From the NCBI GenBank assembly GCA_009779935.1, contig WRAX01000007.1, positions 4,515 to 68,514 of the forward strand: a stretch of 64,000 nucleotides of DNA, written 5' to 3'. The notes below the pieces were generated by a model. It was not told the DNA's origin, made no database searches, and saw only the letters and a program-made list of their open reading frames with translations. Source of the stretch: Defluviitaleaceae bacterium (GTDB lineage: Bacteria > Bacillota > Clostridia > Lachnospirales > WRAX01). Positions 1-9,301 of the stretch are shown piece after piece. Both the position numbers and the translations under genes were made by a program. Each line of letters begins with the position of its first letter. Positions within the stretch are counted from its first letter, which is position 1.

Positions 1-1
1 C

Positions 2-613
2 GACCCGGGCGTTACAGCCGCATTTAACGGCGGCACCCACATGCCTTTTGAGGATATAGCATTATACCGTGCCGTGCCAAATGCCACGGTGCTGGAAATT
101 TCCGACGGGGCAATGTTAAAAACCCTTATGTGGCAATTAAAAGACTACAAGGGGCTGTCATACACCCGTTTAACCCGCAAGGCATACCCAACCATTTACA
201 GTGATGACCATAAGTTTACAATAGGCAAAGGCGAAGTGGTGCGGGCAGGTAAAGATGCCGCCATAATTGCCTGCGGGCTTATGGTGGGCGAAGCCATGGC
301 CGCCGCCCAAACCCTTGCGGCAGAGGGGGTTGATGTGCAGGTTATTGACATGTTTACCATAAAACCCCTGGATGTGGATTTGGTGCTAAACGCCGCAAAA
401 ACAGGCATGCTTATCACTGCCGAAAACCACAATATCATCGGCGGGCTGGGGGATGCGGTTGCCGCCACCCTGCTGGAAGCGGGCGTATCGCCTAAATTCA
501 AACGCATTGGTGTAAACGACCGTTTTGGGCAAGTTGGCCCGCAGGACTTTTTGCAGAAGGAATACGGGCTAACTGCCGAAAATATTGTAAACACCCTGCG
601 AGGGATGGCGTAA
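2..613 (+). CDS. transketolase C-terminal subunit (5' end cut by window edge)
   Basis: Frame is open from position 2. Translation (EDIALYRAVPN, IIACGLMV, VQVIDMFTIKPLD, ENHNIIGGLG) fits the B subunit of split transketolases. Confidence 0.85.
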   Translation, partial: DPGVTAAFNGGTHMPFEDIALYRAVPNATVLEISDGAMLKTLMWQLKDYKGLSYTRLTRKAYPTIYSDDHKFTIGKGEVVRAGKDAAIIACGLMVGEAMAAAQTLAAEGVDVQVIDMFTIKPLDVDLVLNAAKTGMLITAENHNIIGGLGDAVAATLLEAGVSPKFKRIGVNDRFGQVGPQDFLQKEYGLTAENIVNTLRGMA

Positions 614-801
614 TGGAAATTGCCATTACCATAGCAACGCAACTTACCCTTACATGTGCTGCAGTGTTTATTTTGAAAGCCCATTTTCAAAAACGGATTG
701 ACAAGCAATTAAAAGAAAAGCAACATCAGCTGGATGTGGAGCTGGAAAAAAGCAAGGGCGGCCAACAAAACCCTAAGCCACACCATCCAATCGCTGTATG
801 A
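613..801 (+). CDS. hypothetical small protein with N-terminal TM helix; probably the 5' part of a gene split by a frame change
   Basis: ATG overlaps the transketolase stop (TAATG). Hydrophobic N-terminus followed by a charged helix. The ORF ends shortly after an A6 run where the next ORF's frame opens. Confidence 0.3.
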   Translation: MEIAITIATQLTLTCAAVFILKAHFQKRIDKQLKEKQHQLDVELEKSKGGQQNPKPHHPIAV

Positions 802-1201
802 CGAGGAAATGAAGGCGTTAAAGAAAATAAGTAGCCTTTTGCCGCCGTTAAATCGCCAATTTCACCACGTTTCTAATGCTTTACTTTTTGATAAGGTAGA
901 AATTTTAAGAGATGTCGAGGATATCGCAAGAGATTTGCATAATGAGCTAAAAAATGAGCTGGATGCAAATGCAATCTTTATTAACCAAGAAGTTTATGAG
1001 CGAATAGATTATTATGCAAAAAAATACAAAGACTCTCTTAATTTTGTTGTGCCGTATCTGTATGTAGAAAAAAATTTTGATGGCGGTGATGCGTGGGCTT
1101 TTTTTACGGAGAAAGAGAAAGAAATTGATCAAGAATACAAAAACCTACTTGCTTTCCTAAGGGATGAAGCATTAAAGAAAAAGGAGCAAGTTTATGGATA
1201 A
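734..1201 (+). CDS. hypothetical protein (helical, charged); possibly the 3' part of a 613..1201 gene
   Basis: 155-aa ORF in lower-GC sequence with no convincing RBS of its own. Overlaps the next gene by 8 nt. Confidence 0.45.
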   Translation: MWSWKKARAANKTLSHTIQSLYDEEMKALKKISSLLPPLNRQFHHVSNALLFDKVEILRDVEDIARDLHNELKNELDANAIFINQEVYERIDYYAKKYKDSLNFVVPYLYVEKNFDGGDAWAFFTEKEKEIDQEYKNLLAFLRDEALKKKEQVYG

Positions 1202-2330
1202 ACTTAACTTCATAGCCACCGCCACCTTTGGCTTGGAAGCAACCGTAAAAAGGGAGCTTACCCGCCTTGGCACGGCCATAACAGGGGCGGCAGATGGCCG
1301 TGTGGATTTTAGCGGCAACTGGGAAGATATGGCACGTGCCAACCTGTGGTTGCGTGCCAGCGACCGCATACAGCTAAACATGGGGGATTTTACCGCAACC
1401 ACCTTTGACAACCTGTTTGAACAAACCAAAGCCCTGCCCTGGGAGGATTTTATTACAAAAGACGGTAAATTTACCGTGGAGGGTAAATCCATCAAATCCA
1501 CCCTATTTTCCGTGCCGGATTGTCAGGCAATTGTCAAGAAAGCGGTGGTAGAGCGGCTAAAAACCAAATATAAACTGGATTGGTTTCCCGAAACAGGGGC
1601 AGAGTATAAAATACAAGTTGCCCTGCTACGGGACATTGCCACACTAACCATAGATACCACAGGGGCAGGCCTGCATAAGCGGGGCTACCGTGATATTACC
1701 AGCAAAGCCCCCATTAAAGAAACCCTTGCGGCGGGCATGTTGGAACTTTCCTATTGGAAGCGGCACAGGCAGCTGCTGGACCCCATGTGCGGTAGCGGCA
1801 CAATTGCCATAGAAGCGGCCTTGATGGCGAAAAACCAAGCCCCCGGGCTTAACCGCCGTTTTGTATCAGAAACTTGGGCGCAGGTGGACAAAACCATTTG
1901 GAACAAGGTGCGTGAAGAAGCCAAAGCCGCAATTTATACAGGGGAAATTGCCCCCATCCACGCCAATGATATTGACCCCCAAATAATCATCCAAGCCAAA
2001 GAAAATGCCATAAAAGCAGGGGTTGGGGATTTAATAAATTTTACTGTGGCAGATATTGCCAAAGTAAAAACCGAAGGTGATTACGGTGTTGTTATGACCA
2101 ATCCACCCTACGGCCAACGCATAGGCCGGGAAGGGGATTTGTTAAAAATTTACAACCACCTTGCCCGCCTTGTTCCAAAAAACTCCAACTGGTCGGCGTA
2201 TATTATTACCAGTGATGAGGAGTTGCCAAAGCACTTCGGGCGCAAGCCGGATGCAAAGCGCAAACTGTTTAATGGTGCCACCAAAACGGATTTTTACCAA
2301 TATCACGGGCCAAAACCACCACGGGCATAG
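1194..2330 (+). CDS. THUMP-domain class I SAM-dependent RNA methyltransferase (COG0116, YpsC/RlmL-like)
   Basis: RBS AAGGAG. N-terminal THUMP-like region, SAM-binding DPMCGSGT and catalytic NPPYG motif. Confidence 0.85.
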   Translation: MDKLNFIATATFGLEATVKRELTRLGTAITGAADGRVDFSGNWEDMARANLWLRASDRIQLNMGDFTATTFDNLFEQTKALPWEDFITKDGKFTVEGKSIKSTLFSVPDCQAIVKKAVVERLKTKYKLDWFPETGAEYKIQVALLRDIATLTIDTTGAGLHKRGYRDITSKAPIKETLAAGMLELSYWKRHRQLLDPMCGSGTIAIEAALMAKNQAPGLNRRFVSETWAQVDKTIWNKVREEAKAAIYTGEIAPIHANDIDPQIIIQAKENAIKAGVGDLINFTVADIAKVKTEGDYGVVMTNPPYGQRIGREGDLLKIYNHLARLVPKNSNWSAYIITSDEELPKHFGRKPDAKRKLFNGATKTDFYQYHGPKPPRA

Positions 2331-2401
2331 CCGAACAGGATGGCGAATGGAAAAGGATATTTTGAAAATCGCAGGTTTCAGTGCGTTTTCAAAATGTGCT
2401 T

Positions 2402-2427
2402 TTCCATGATTGAGAATGGAATTGGTA
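2402..2427. repeat. partial copy of the TACCAATTCCAT/ATGGAATTGGTA hairpin repeat
   Basis: TTCCAT (2402-2407), 8-nt loop, then ATGGAATTGGTA (2416-2427). The right arm is identical to the copies at 2910-2922 and 13404-13416. Confidence 0.6.
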
Positions 2428-2563
2428 GCAAATCCCGAGAGAGCTTTTCTTTATCGGAAATTCGGAGCAGGCAGTTATCGCTTATTTTGAGGAACATGGC
2501 GGCACAGTAGGCCCGCTTAGCAACCATAGTGAGTTTTGGGCAAACAACCGCCAAAACCCGGGT

Positions 2564-2944
2564 GTGGAATATATCCACATCACCTTTTCCCAAACCAACC
2601 TGCAATATATGGCGGCAATGCTGGATAGGGAGAGTGTGTGGTATAAAGAAGATATATTATTTGCATTTCCATTATTTGTCAGTTTTGAAAAGGAGGCGGA
2701 TGCCGCCGCAACCCGCTTCACAATAACCGCCAACTTGGAAACCCTGCACAAAACAGGGGATATAGATGGATTTATCTGGCTTTTGGACTTTATTTTCCCC
2801 GAAGTGGGCATGACGGAATATTTTCGCCGCATCTTCCATCAATACGATATGGCGTTGTTGGAAGGCATTTTGTTTTATCTAAACGACTACCAATACCAAT
2901 TCCATTCTCAATGGAATTGGTACAAACAGGCGAGCAAATATTAA
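2564..2944 (+). CDS. hypothetical protein (start uncertain)
   Basis: 126-aa ORF from a GTG. The frame is already open from 2423 with protein-like sequence but no start codon. Confidence 0.45.
   Translation: MEYIHITFSQTNLQYMAAMLDRESVWYKEDILFAFPLFVSFEKEADAAATRFTITANLETLHKTGDIDGFIWLLDFIFPEVGMTEYFRRIFHQYDMALLEGILFYLNDYQYQFHSQWNWYKQASKY
2894..2922. repeat. perfect 13-bp-stem hairpin repeat (TACCAATTCCATT-ctc-AATGGAATTGGTA)
   Basis: Read directly from the sequence. Lies inside the 3' end of the 2564..2944 ORF. Confidence 0.8.
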
Positions 2945-2956
2945 TTTACAGCTTTT

Positions 2957-3829
2957 TTGATGATGCGCCCGCAGGGCTTTCCATGCACCATGGCGCAAGC
3001 AGGGAGTGATATTTTGTTTGAAAACATCTTCGATGGATTGGAGAAATTTGGCTTTGAAGTTTTGGCGGATAAATCCATTGATATTTTTGAAACCAAGACA
3101 AAAAAACCCGCTGCCGCAGAAGAAGGGGCAGAAAAGGTTTTTGACATAAACGACTATGTATACGCCAAAAAGTTTAACTGCCCCGTGTGCTTGGAAAACT
3201 TTGAATCTTTTGTTGTGCGCTCCTCCAAAACCAAGCTGGAAGGGGTGGAGTTTGATTTGCGCCCCATACACAGCCCCATAAACCACCTGTTTTACGATGT
3301 TTTGTGTTGCCCATCCTGCGGGTACACGGCTGTTACCAAGGCTTTTGACAAAATAACAACAAGGCAAGCCGAACTTGTGCTGGTGGAGCTTAAACCCCTG
3401 TACAAACACCAACCCTATCCCATAGAACCCGCAATAGATGAAGTGATAGACAGGTACAAGCTTGCCCTGCTAAACGCCACCATAAGAAAGGCAAAACACG
3501 GCGAAAAGGCCTATATTTGTATGAAGCTTACATGGCTGTACCGCATAAAGGGCGATGATTTGGAAAACGAAGAAAAGTTTGCAACCCTAACCATAAGGGG
3601 CTTTATGCAGGCCTTGGAAAATGAGGTAACCCCAATTATGGGTATAGAAGAGGTTACACTGCTTTATGTAATCGCAGCATTTTCCAAGTTTATGGGCAAT
3701 TATAAAAATGCCCTTAAAATCCTGTCCACCATTATAACATCCCGAAAAACATCCGAGCGGCTTAAGGAAAGGTCCCGGGATTTGCGGGATGAGATTAATG
3801 CACAAATTTCCCTTGACAAAAACGCATAA
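2957..3829 (+). CDS. DUF2225-type protein (zinc ribbon plus TPR-like C-terminus)
   Basis: CPVC...CPSCGY zinc-ribbon pair followed by a helical repeat region. The true start may be TTG at about 3013, after AGGGAG. Confidence 0.7.
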   Translation: MMMRPQGFPCTMAQAGSDILFENIFDGLEKFGFEVLADKSIDIFETKTKKPAAAEEGAEKVFDINDYVYAKKFNCPVCLENFESFVVRSSKTKLEGVEFDLRPIHSPINHLFYDVLCCPSCGYTAVTKAFDKITTRQAELVLVELKPLYKHQPYPIEPAIDEVIDRYKLALLNATIRKAKHGEKAYICMKLTWLYRIKGDDLENEEKFATLTIRGFMQALENEVTPIMGIEEVTLLYVIAAFSKFMGNYKNALKILSTIITSRKTSERLKERSRDLRDEINAQISLDKNA

Positions 3830-3854
3830 AAGACGCATGATATAGATAATAAAA

Positions 3855-3882
3855 GAGAGGATGCTTGGGGAAGTATCCTCTC
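3855..3882 (+). terminator. hairpin downstream of the DUF2225 gene (possible terminator, no U-tract)
   Basis: GAGAGGAT, 12-nt loop, ATCCTCTC. Confidence 0.3.
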
Positions 3883-4024
3883 AGCACATGTAAGCCAACA
3901 GGCTTTTCCTTGTCGTGGGAGCGGCGTTTGCTTTTTCCCTCAATATAGTTATTAATGTGACAACTGCCATAATACCAAAAAATATTGCATCTTTCGCCAA
4001 AAGTCAACATATTAAATTGCGGGC

Positions 4025-4053
4025 TTGATATTTTGCGCCGTTTGTTGTATAAT
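4025..4053 (+). promoter_or_regulatory. sigma-A-type promoter of the histidine kinase operon
   Basis: TTGATA, 17 nt, TATAAT. Lies 20 nt upstream of the ATG and its RBS GAGGGGTGAG. Confidence 0.6.
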
Positions 4054-4073
4054 GTGTTTAGAGGGGTGAGAAG

Positions 4074-6962
4074 ATGGAAACCCAAATCCAATACCTAATA
4101 TTTGATGAAAAATTTGAACTGGTGCAAAGCAGCCCACCACCAACCACTATTTTTGGCAACATTTGCCAAAGTGGCTACTTGGAGGCTTTTTTGCACTTCT
4201 GTGCACAAAACCAACCCTGCGGCACCCCATCACGGGAAAAGTTGCAACAATACCTGCAAAAGGCTGTTACAGAAGGCGGCATTGTCGTAAATTGGGCATA
4301 CAACCTGCCCACAGAAGGGGAAGGGCTTGCTAAGGTGTCCATCGCCCCTTTGTTTTTGGGTGGCAAACAGTATATCGTATGCTGCAACAAAGACCTGAAA
4401 GTCCTTACAAAAGAAGAAGAGGCACGCCGGCTGTTGGAGCAAATTGTGGATATATCCCCACTGCCATGCGTTGCCTTTGATGAAAACTTTCAACTTATAA
4501 AGGTTAACCATGCCACCATGAGCCTGCACAACCTACCCAGCGAAAGTGCCTATATGGACATGTTTTTGGAAATATCCCCGGCAACCCAACCATGCGGCAC
4601 GCCTAGTATGGAAAAAATGACAGCCGCATTTAGTGATGTTTTTCAAACAGGCAGCGGTACCATGGTTTGGATGCACAAAAACCGCTACACCGGCGAACCT
4701 ATACCCGTGGAAGTTACCGCCGAGGCCGTACCGCTTGGTGACAAAAAGGCCGTGTTGGTTTACGGGCGGGATTTACGGGATTTTTATAACTACAAAGAAA
4801 CAGAAGAGCGCATAAGAAGCCGCTTGGAAGCCATCTTGGACTCCTCCCCCCTGCTTGTTAGTGTTTATGATGAAAATGCAAATCCCATTTACCACAGCCT
4901 TTCGGGTGTGGGCTTTTACGGCTTTGACAGTAAAGAGCAATTGGACGAAGGTTATTTTCTAACCTTCCCCGAATTTCAGCCGGACGGTAGAAAGTCATTA
5001 GAATCTTCCGTGCAAATTATTAAAGAGGTTGCCCAAAAAGGCAGGAAAATGGTTTCCCCGTGGCTAATGCAAACTTTACAAGGCGACCCCATACCATGCG
5101 AAATATCCCTTGTACCCATGATGCTGGACGGCGAAGCCCATGTTATAGCCCATACCAAAGATTTGCGCTCGGAACATAAGTTGCAAGAAGCCTATACACG
5201 ATCGCTGGCGGTGGAGGCGGCAGAGGAAAGCAATAAGGCAAAATCCCGCTTTTTAGCGAGGATGAGCCACGAAATACGCACACCACTAACAGCCATTTTG
5301 GGCATTTCCGAAATGCACCTGCAAGGGCAAAGCCTGCCTGCGGGCCTGGAAAAGTCCTTTATAAAAATACACAATTCATCCCACCTATTGTTGGGTATTA
5401 TTAACGATTTGTTGGATTTTTCTAAAATCGAATCAGGTAAAATGGAGCTTTCCCCCCACGAATACTGTTTGGCGGATATGATAGCCAATGTGGCACATAT
5501 GCACACGGTTTATCTGGGTAGCAAGGGCATTAAATTTACCATAAATGTGGATAAAGACCTACCATCCGTGTTGATTGGTGATACCTTGCGGATAGAGCAG
5601 ATTATTATCAACCTGCTGTCCAATGCCTTCAAATACACCGAAGAAGGCTTTGTGGAACTTAATGTGGGGCTTGAAGAGTGCAAAAAATACGATGGCCACA
5701 TCACCCTTGTGGTGGCTGTAAACGATACAGGCGTTGGTATGACAGAAGAACAACTTGCCATACTTTTTGAAGAATACGCACGTTTTTACGAGCGTGGTAC
5801 CCATATCGTCAGCGGCACAGGGCTTGGCATGCCCATTGTTGCCACCCTTGCCCATATGATGGATGCCCATGTGGATGTGAAAAGCAAATTTGGATGCGGC
5901 ACACAAGTTACAGTGCGCATACCCCAAAAAACAAAAGGCGAAAAAAAGCTGGGTGAAGAAGCGGTAAAGCGATTGCAAAAATTTGAAACCGCCACCCTAA
6001 GCAATGCCGAACAATTTAAGCTGCCGCCCGAACCCATGCCATACGGCAGTGTGCTGGTGGTGGATGATGTGGAAGCCAACCTTTATGTTGCCAAAGGCCT
6101 TTTAAGTTTTTATGACCTGCAAGTGGATACCTGCGAAAGCGGGCAGGCCGCCATTAACAAAATAAAGCAAGGTAATGTTTATGATATTATTTTTATGGAC
6201 CATATGATGCCCGTAATGAATGGCACAGAAGCAAAACGTGCACTGCGTGAAATGGGATACAGCCAACCCATTGTGGCACTTACAGCCAATGCCATTATCG
6301 GGCAGGCGGAGGAGTTTATAAAGGAAGGTTTTGACGATTTTGTGTCTAAACCAATATCCCGAAAAAGCCTGCATGCGGTTTTGCTTAAATATGTGCGGGA
6401 TAAGCAGCCAAGGCATGTGATAGAAGCGGCACGAGCCGCCACAAGAAACACAGAAAAGCTGGCGATTGATGTGGACAACTTCCAAAGCGGCAGCGAGCTG
6501 CAAAACAAATTGCGTAAAGATTTTGCAACAACACAGCAACATACCCATAAAGATATATGCGACGCCATACAGGCACAAGACCTGCCAAGGGCGCATTTGC
6601 TTGTGCATAGCCTAAAAGGGCTTGCAGGCTTGATACACGAGGGAGAGCTTACAAAAATTGCATCTAAAATAGAACGGCAGCTTAGCGAAGGTAAATTGCC
6701 TGAAAGCGCACTTCTTGACAGCCTAAAAGCCCAACTAAACATCGTATTAAAAAATATTGGAGCGGCAGAAGAAGAGCTTCCGCACTACGCCTTGCTGGAC
6801 GAACTGGAAAGTATGTTAAGAGAGCGCAAAGCGGATGCCGTAAAATTAGTGGAAGAATTGCGCAATATCCCACAAGCGGCAATACTTGTGCATCAAGTGG
6901 AAAAATTTGACTTCAAAGCGGCACTTTCAAGCATTGCACCTTTGCGGGATATTTTAGGTTAA
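4074..6962 (+). CDS. hybrid sensor histidine kinase (3 PAS-like modules, HisKA, HATPase, REC, Hpt)
   Basis: Repeated FL..P..QP(C/D)G PAS-type motifs. H-box SHEIRTPL; NAFKYT, DTGVGM and GTGLGM boxes. REC (VVDDVE, FMDHMMPVMNG, SKP) and Hpt HSLKGLAG. Confidence 0.9.
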   Translation: METQIQYLIFDEKFELVQSSPPPTTIFGNICQSGYLEAFLHFCAQNQPCGTPSREKLQQYLQKAVTEGGIVVNWAYNLPTEGEGLAKVSIAPLFLGGKQYIVCCNKDLKVLTKEEEARRLLEQIVDISPLPCVAFDENFQLIKVNHATMSLHNLPSESAYMDMFLEISPATQPCGTPSMEKMTAAFSDVFQTGSGTMVWMHKNRYTGEPIPVEVTAEAVPLGDKKAVLVYGRDLRDFYNYKETEERIRSRLEAILDSSPLLVSVYDENANPIYHSLSGVGFYGFDSKEQLDEGYFLTFPEFQPDGRKSLESSVQIIKEVAQKGRKMVSPWLMQTLQGDPIPCEISLVPMMLDGEAHVIAHTKDLRSEHKLQEAYTRSLAVEAAEESNKAKSRFLARMSHEIRTPLTAILGISEMHLQGQSLPAGLEKSFIKIHNSSHLLLGIINDLLDFSKIESGKMELSPHEYCLADMIANVAHMHTVYLGSKGIKFTINVDKDLPSVLIGDTLRIEQIIINLLSNAFKYTEEGFVELNVGLEECKKYDGHITLVVAVNDTGVGMTEEQLAILFEEYARFYERGTHIVSGTGLGMPIVATLAHMMDAHVDVKSKFGCGTQVTVRIPQKTKGEKKLGEEAVKRLQKFETATLSNAEQFKLPPEPMPYGSVLVVDDVEANLYVAKGLLSFYDLQVDTCESGQAAINKIKQGNVYDIIFMDHMMPVMNGTEAKRALREMGYSQPIVALTANAIIGQAEEFIKEGFDDFVSKPISRKSLHAVLLKYVRDKQPRHVIEAARAATRNTEKLAIDVDNFQSGSELQNKLRKDFATTQQHTHKDICDAIQAQDLPRAHLLVHSLKGLAGLIHEGELTKIASKIERQLSEGKLPESALLDSLKAQLNIVLKNIGAAEEELPHYALLDELESMLRERKADAVKLVEELRNIPQAAILVHQVEKFDFKAALSSIAPLRDILG

Positions 6963-6993
6963 AATTAATATTGCGTGCAAAATGGAGGGATAT

Positions 6994-7962
6994 ATGGAAA
7001 ACGAAAAAAAGGGCTTCTTCAAAAAAATCATCGGCGGGCTAACCAAAACCCGTGAAACCATTGCACAAAGCGTGGAAAATGTTTTCAAAGCATTTGCCAA
7101 GGTGGATGAGGAGCTTTTTGAACAGCTGGAAGAAGCCCTGATTTTAGCCGATTGCGGCGCAAACCCATCCCTTGAAATTGTGGAGAGGCTGCGCCAAAAA
7201 GTTAAAAAGGAAAAGTTGCAAGATGCAGAAGATGTTAAACAAGCCCTAACAGAAATAATTGCAAACACCATGATAGAAGCTGCTCCCCCGGCGGAGGAAA
7301 TGCCCACCCCTGCTGTAATACTTGTAATTGGCGTAAACGGTGTGGGCAAAACCACCAGCATTGGCAAGCTGGCAACCAATTTTGTAAGGGACGGCAAACA
7401 AGTGGTGCTTGCCGCCGCCGATACCTTCCGTGCCGCCGCCATAGACCAGCTGGAAATTTGGGCAAGCCGTGCAAATTGCACCATAATTAAGCACCAAGAA
7501 AACAGCGACCCCGCCGCTGTTGTTTTTGATGCCTGCGCCGCCGCCAAAGCCCGTAAAGCCGATGTTTTGCTTGTGGATACGGCCGGCCGCCTGCATAACA
7601 AGAAGAATTTGATGGAAGAGCTTAGAAAAATATCCCGTGTGGTGGATAGGGAATTTCCCGATGTCCACAGGGAAACATTTTTGGTGTTGGATGCCACCAC
7701 GGGGCAAAACGCCCTTTCCCAAGCCAAAACCTTTATGGGAATTGCTGATATTACAGGCATTGTGCTAACCAAGCTGGATGGCACCGCAAAAGGCGGCATC
7801 GTCCTATCTATTGCAACAGAGCTTAAAATACCCGTGCGCTACATAGGCATCGGCGAGCAGGCGGACGATTTGCAGGTATTTGATGCGGCCGCCTTCGCCC
7901 GGGGCATGTTTTTTGATGAAATTGCACAAACCCCTTGTAGCCAAGAGCAATCGGTGGTATAA
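6994..7962 (+). CDS. ftsY: signal recognition particle receptor FtsY
   Basis: GVNGVGKTTSIGKLA, DTAGRLH and TKLDGTAKGG motifs. The ATG at 6994 follows GGAGGG; the track ATG at 6982 lies inside that RBS. Confidence 0.92.
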   Translation: MENEKKGFFKKIIGGLTKTRETIAQSVENVFKAFAKVDEELFEQLEEALILADCGANPSLEIVERLRQKVKKEKLQDAEDVKQALTEIIANTMIEAAPPAEEMPTPAVILVIGVNGVGKTTSIGKLATNFVRDGKQVVLAAADTFRAAAIDQLEIWASRANCTIIKHQENSDPAAVVFDACAAAKARKADVLLVDTAGRLHNKKNLMEELRKISRVVDREFPDVHRETFLVLDATTGQNALSQAKTFMGIADITGIVLTKLDGTAKGGIVLSIATELKIPVRYIGIGEQADDLQVFDAAAFARGMFFDEIAQTPCSQEQSVV

Positions 7963-8002
7963 TAAGTCCAAATGCAAAAATGCGAATGAAAGAGGGGCAA
8001 CC

Positions 8003-9256
8003 ATGACCACATTAGATATTTCTGTAATAATCGAAAATAAGGAGAGTTTGGCAAATTTTGAAGGCCTAAATGGGGAGCATATACTGGCACTAATTGACCA
8101 ACCCTTACAGGATTATGCTGAATATTTGGAAGCCGCCATCAACCTTTTCCCAATCCAAAAGGCTAAGTTGGAGCTTTCTTTTGGTGCAAAGGATTATTTG
8201 CAGGCTATGAAATGGGTGTCTGCCATTCGCAACAACCTTGTTAAAATTTTTGCAGACCAGCGTGCAAGCGAGTGGACAAAGTGCTTTGAAAACTTTAACG
8301 ACAGGGAAAACCTGCACCACGAGCGGGTTGGCGCAACCATCGAATATCTACTGGCGGATGCCACCCTGTTTTTTACCGGCCTGCAAAGCATGTTGGAACA
8401 ACAAGAAGCCAACCACCTTGCAACCATTGCCCGTGAGGAGACCTTTGCCCGCCACAAACAGCAGATTTTGGCTGTGTGCAGCTTAAATGCCGCCAAAGTA
8501 ATGCCCATAGAAGATGAACAATTGGGGGACTATTTTACCCTGCTAAATGATTTTGTGGATGGGCTTGTGCATCAAGAAAATGGCATAAAAACAGCACTTT
8601 CCACTAATAACTATGATGGGGTGCTGGAATTGGTTGCGCAAATAGCACAAACCCTATCCCAAATCCATGCGGATGATTTGGCAGGCGAATGCACCCAGCA
8701 TGTGCAGGCCCAGCAAGGTCAGGATCCCCCGCAGGCTGATAAAATTGAGCTTTTTGCCAACTACTTGCTTAAAAATTTGGATATTTTGGCGGATGATATC
8801 ATCGCAATTAAACTGCCCCAAAAAGCCGCCCCAAAGGACGAGCAAAGCGGCACAACAAGTGCAATTGAAGGTATTATAGAGTTTAATGATTGTGATTGTG
8901 CAAAAAGCATACTATTGGTAAACGACATCCGTATTTTTCTGGAAAATTTTAGGGTGGCGTTAAGCAATACAGGCTACAATTTGGTGGGCGCAACCATGGG
9001 TGATGCCGCCTTGGAATATATGCGAAACAACAAACCCAGCCTGCTAATTGTGGATGACCAGATACCAAACCTGGATGCCATCGACTTTGTTAAAAAAGTG
9101 CGTGGCCGTGGGTATAATATGCCCACAATCCTCCTAACCAGCGATATCACGCAGGATTATATGGCAAAAGCCATGTCCGTAGGTGTTGTGGACTTTCTTA
9201 TCAAACCTGTTATCACCGCCAAGGTGTTGGAAAAAATCGCTAAACACTTATCTTAG
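8003..9256 (+). CDS. response-regulator receiver protein with a roughly 330-aa N-terminal helical domain of unknown function
   Basis: RBS AGAGGGG before ATG 8003. C-terminal REC domain (LLIVDDQIPNLDA, ILLTS, FLIKP). The upstream part of the track ORF overlaps ftsY and is rejected. Confidence 0.8.
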   Translation: MTTLDISVIIENKESLANFEGLNGEHILALIDQPLQDYAEYLEAAINLFPIQKAKLELSFGAKDYLQAMKWVSAIRNNLVKIFADQRASEWTKCFENFNDRENLHHERVGATIEYLLADATLFFTGLQSMLEQQEANHLATIAREETFARHKQQILAVCSLNAAKVMPIEDEQLGDYFTLLNDFVDGLVHQENGIKTALSTNNYDGVLELVAQIAQTLSQIHADDLAGECTQHVQAQQGQDPPQADKIELFANYLLKNLDILADDIIAIKLPQKAAPKDEQSGTTSAIEGIIEFNDCDCAKSILLVNDIRIFLENFRVALSNTGYNLVGATMGDAALEYMRNNKPSLLIVDDQIPNLDAIDFVKKVRGRGYNMPTILLTSDITQDYMAKAMSVGVVDFLIKPVITAKVLEKIAKHLS

Positions 9257-9301
9257 TGCATTAATGTAGGATGGGTGCTTACCCCGTGTAAAGGAGAAAC
9301 C

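Noticed and set aside
6954-7799. 281-aa ORF on the minus strand opposite ftsY
   Set aside because: It is fully antisense to a gene with unmistakable FtsY motifs. Its translation is low-complexity (Ala/Ser/Thr-rich), as is typical of mirror frames. It has no RBS.
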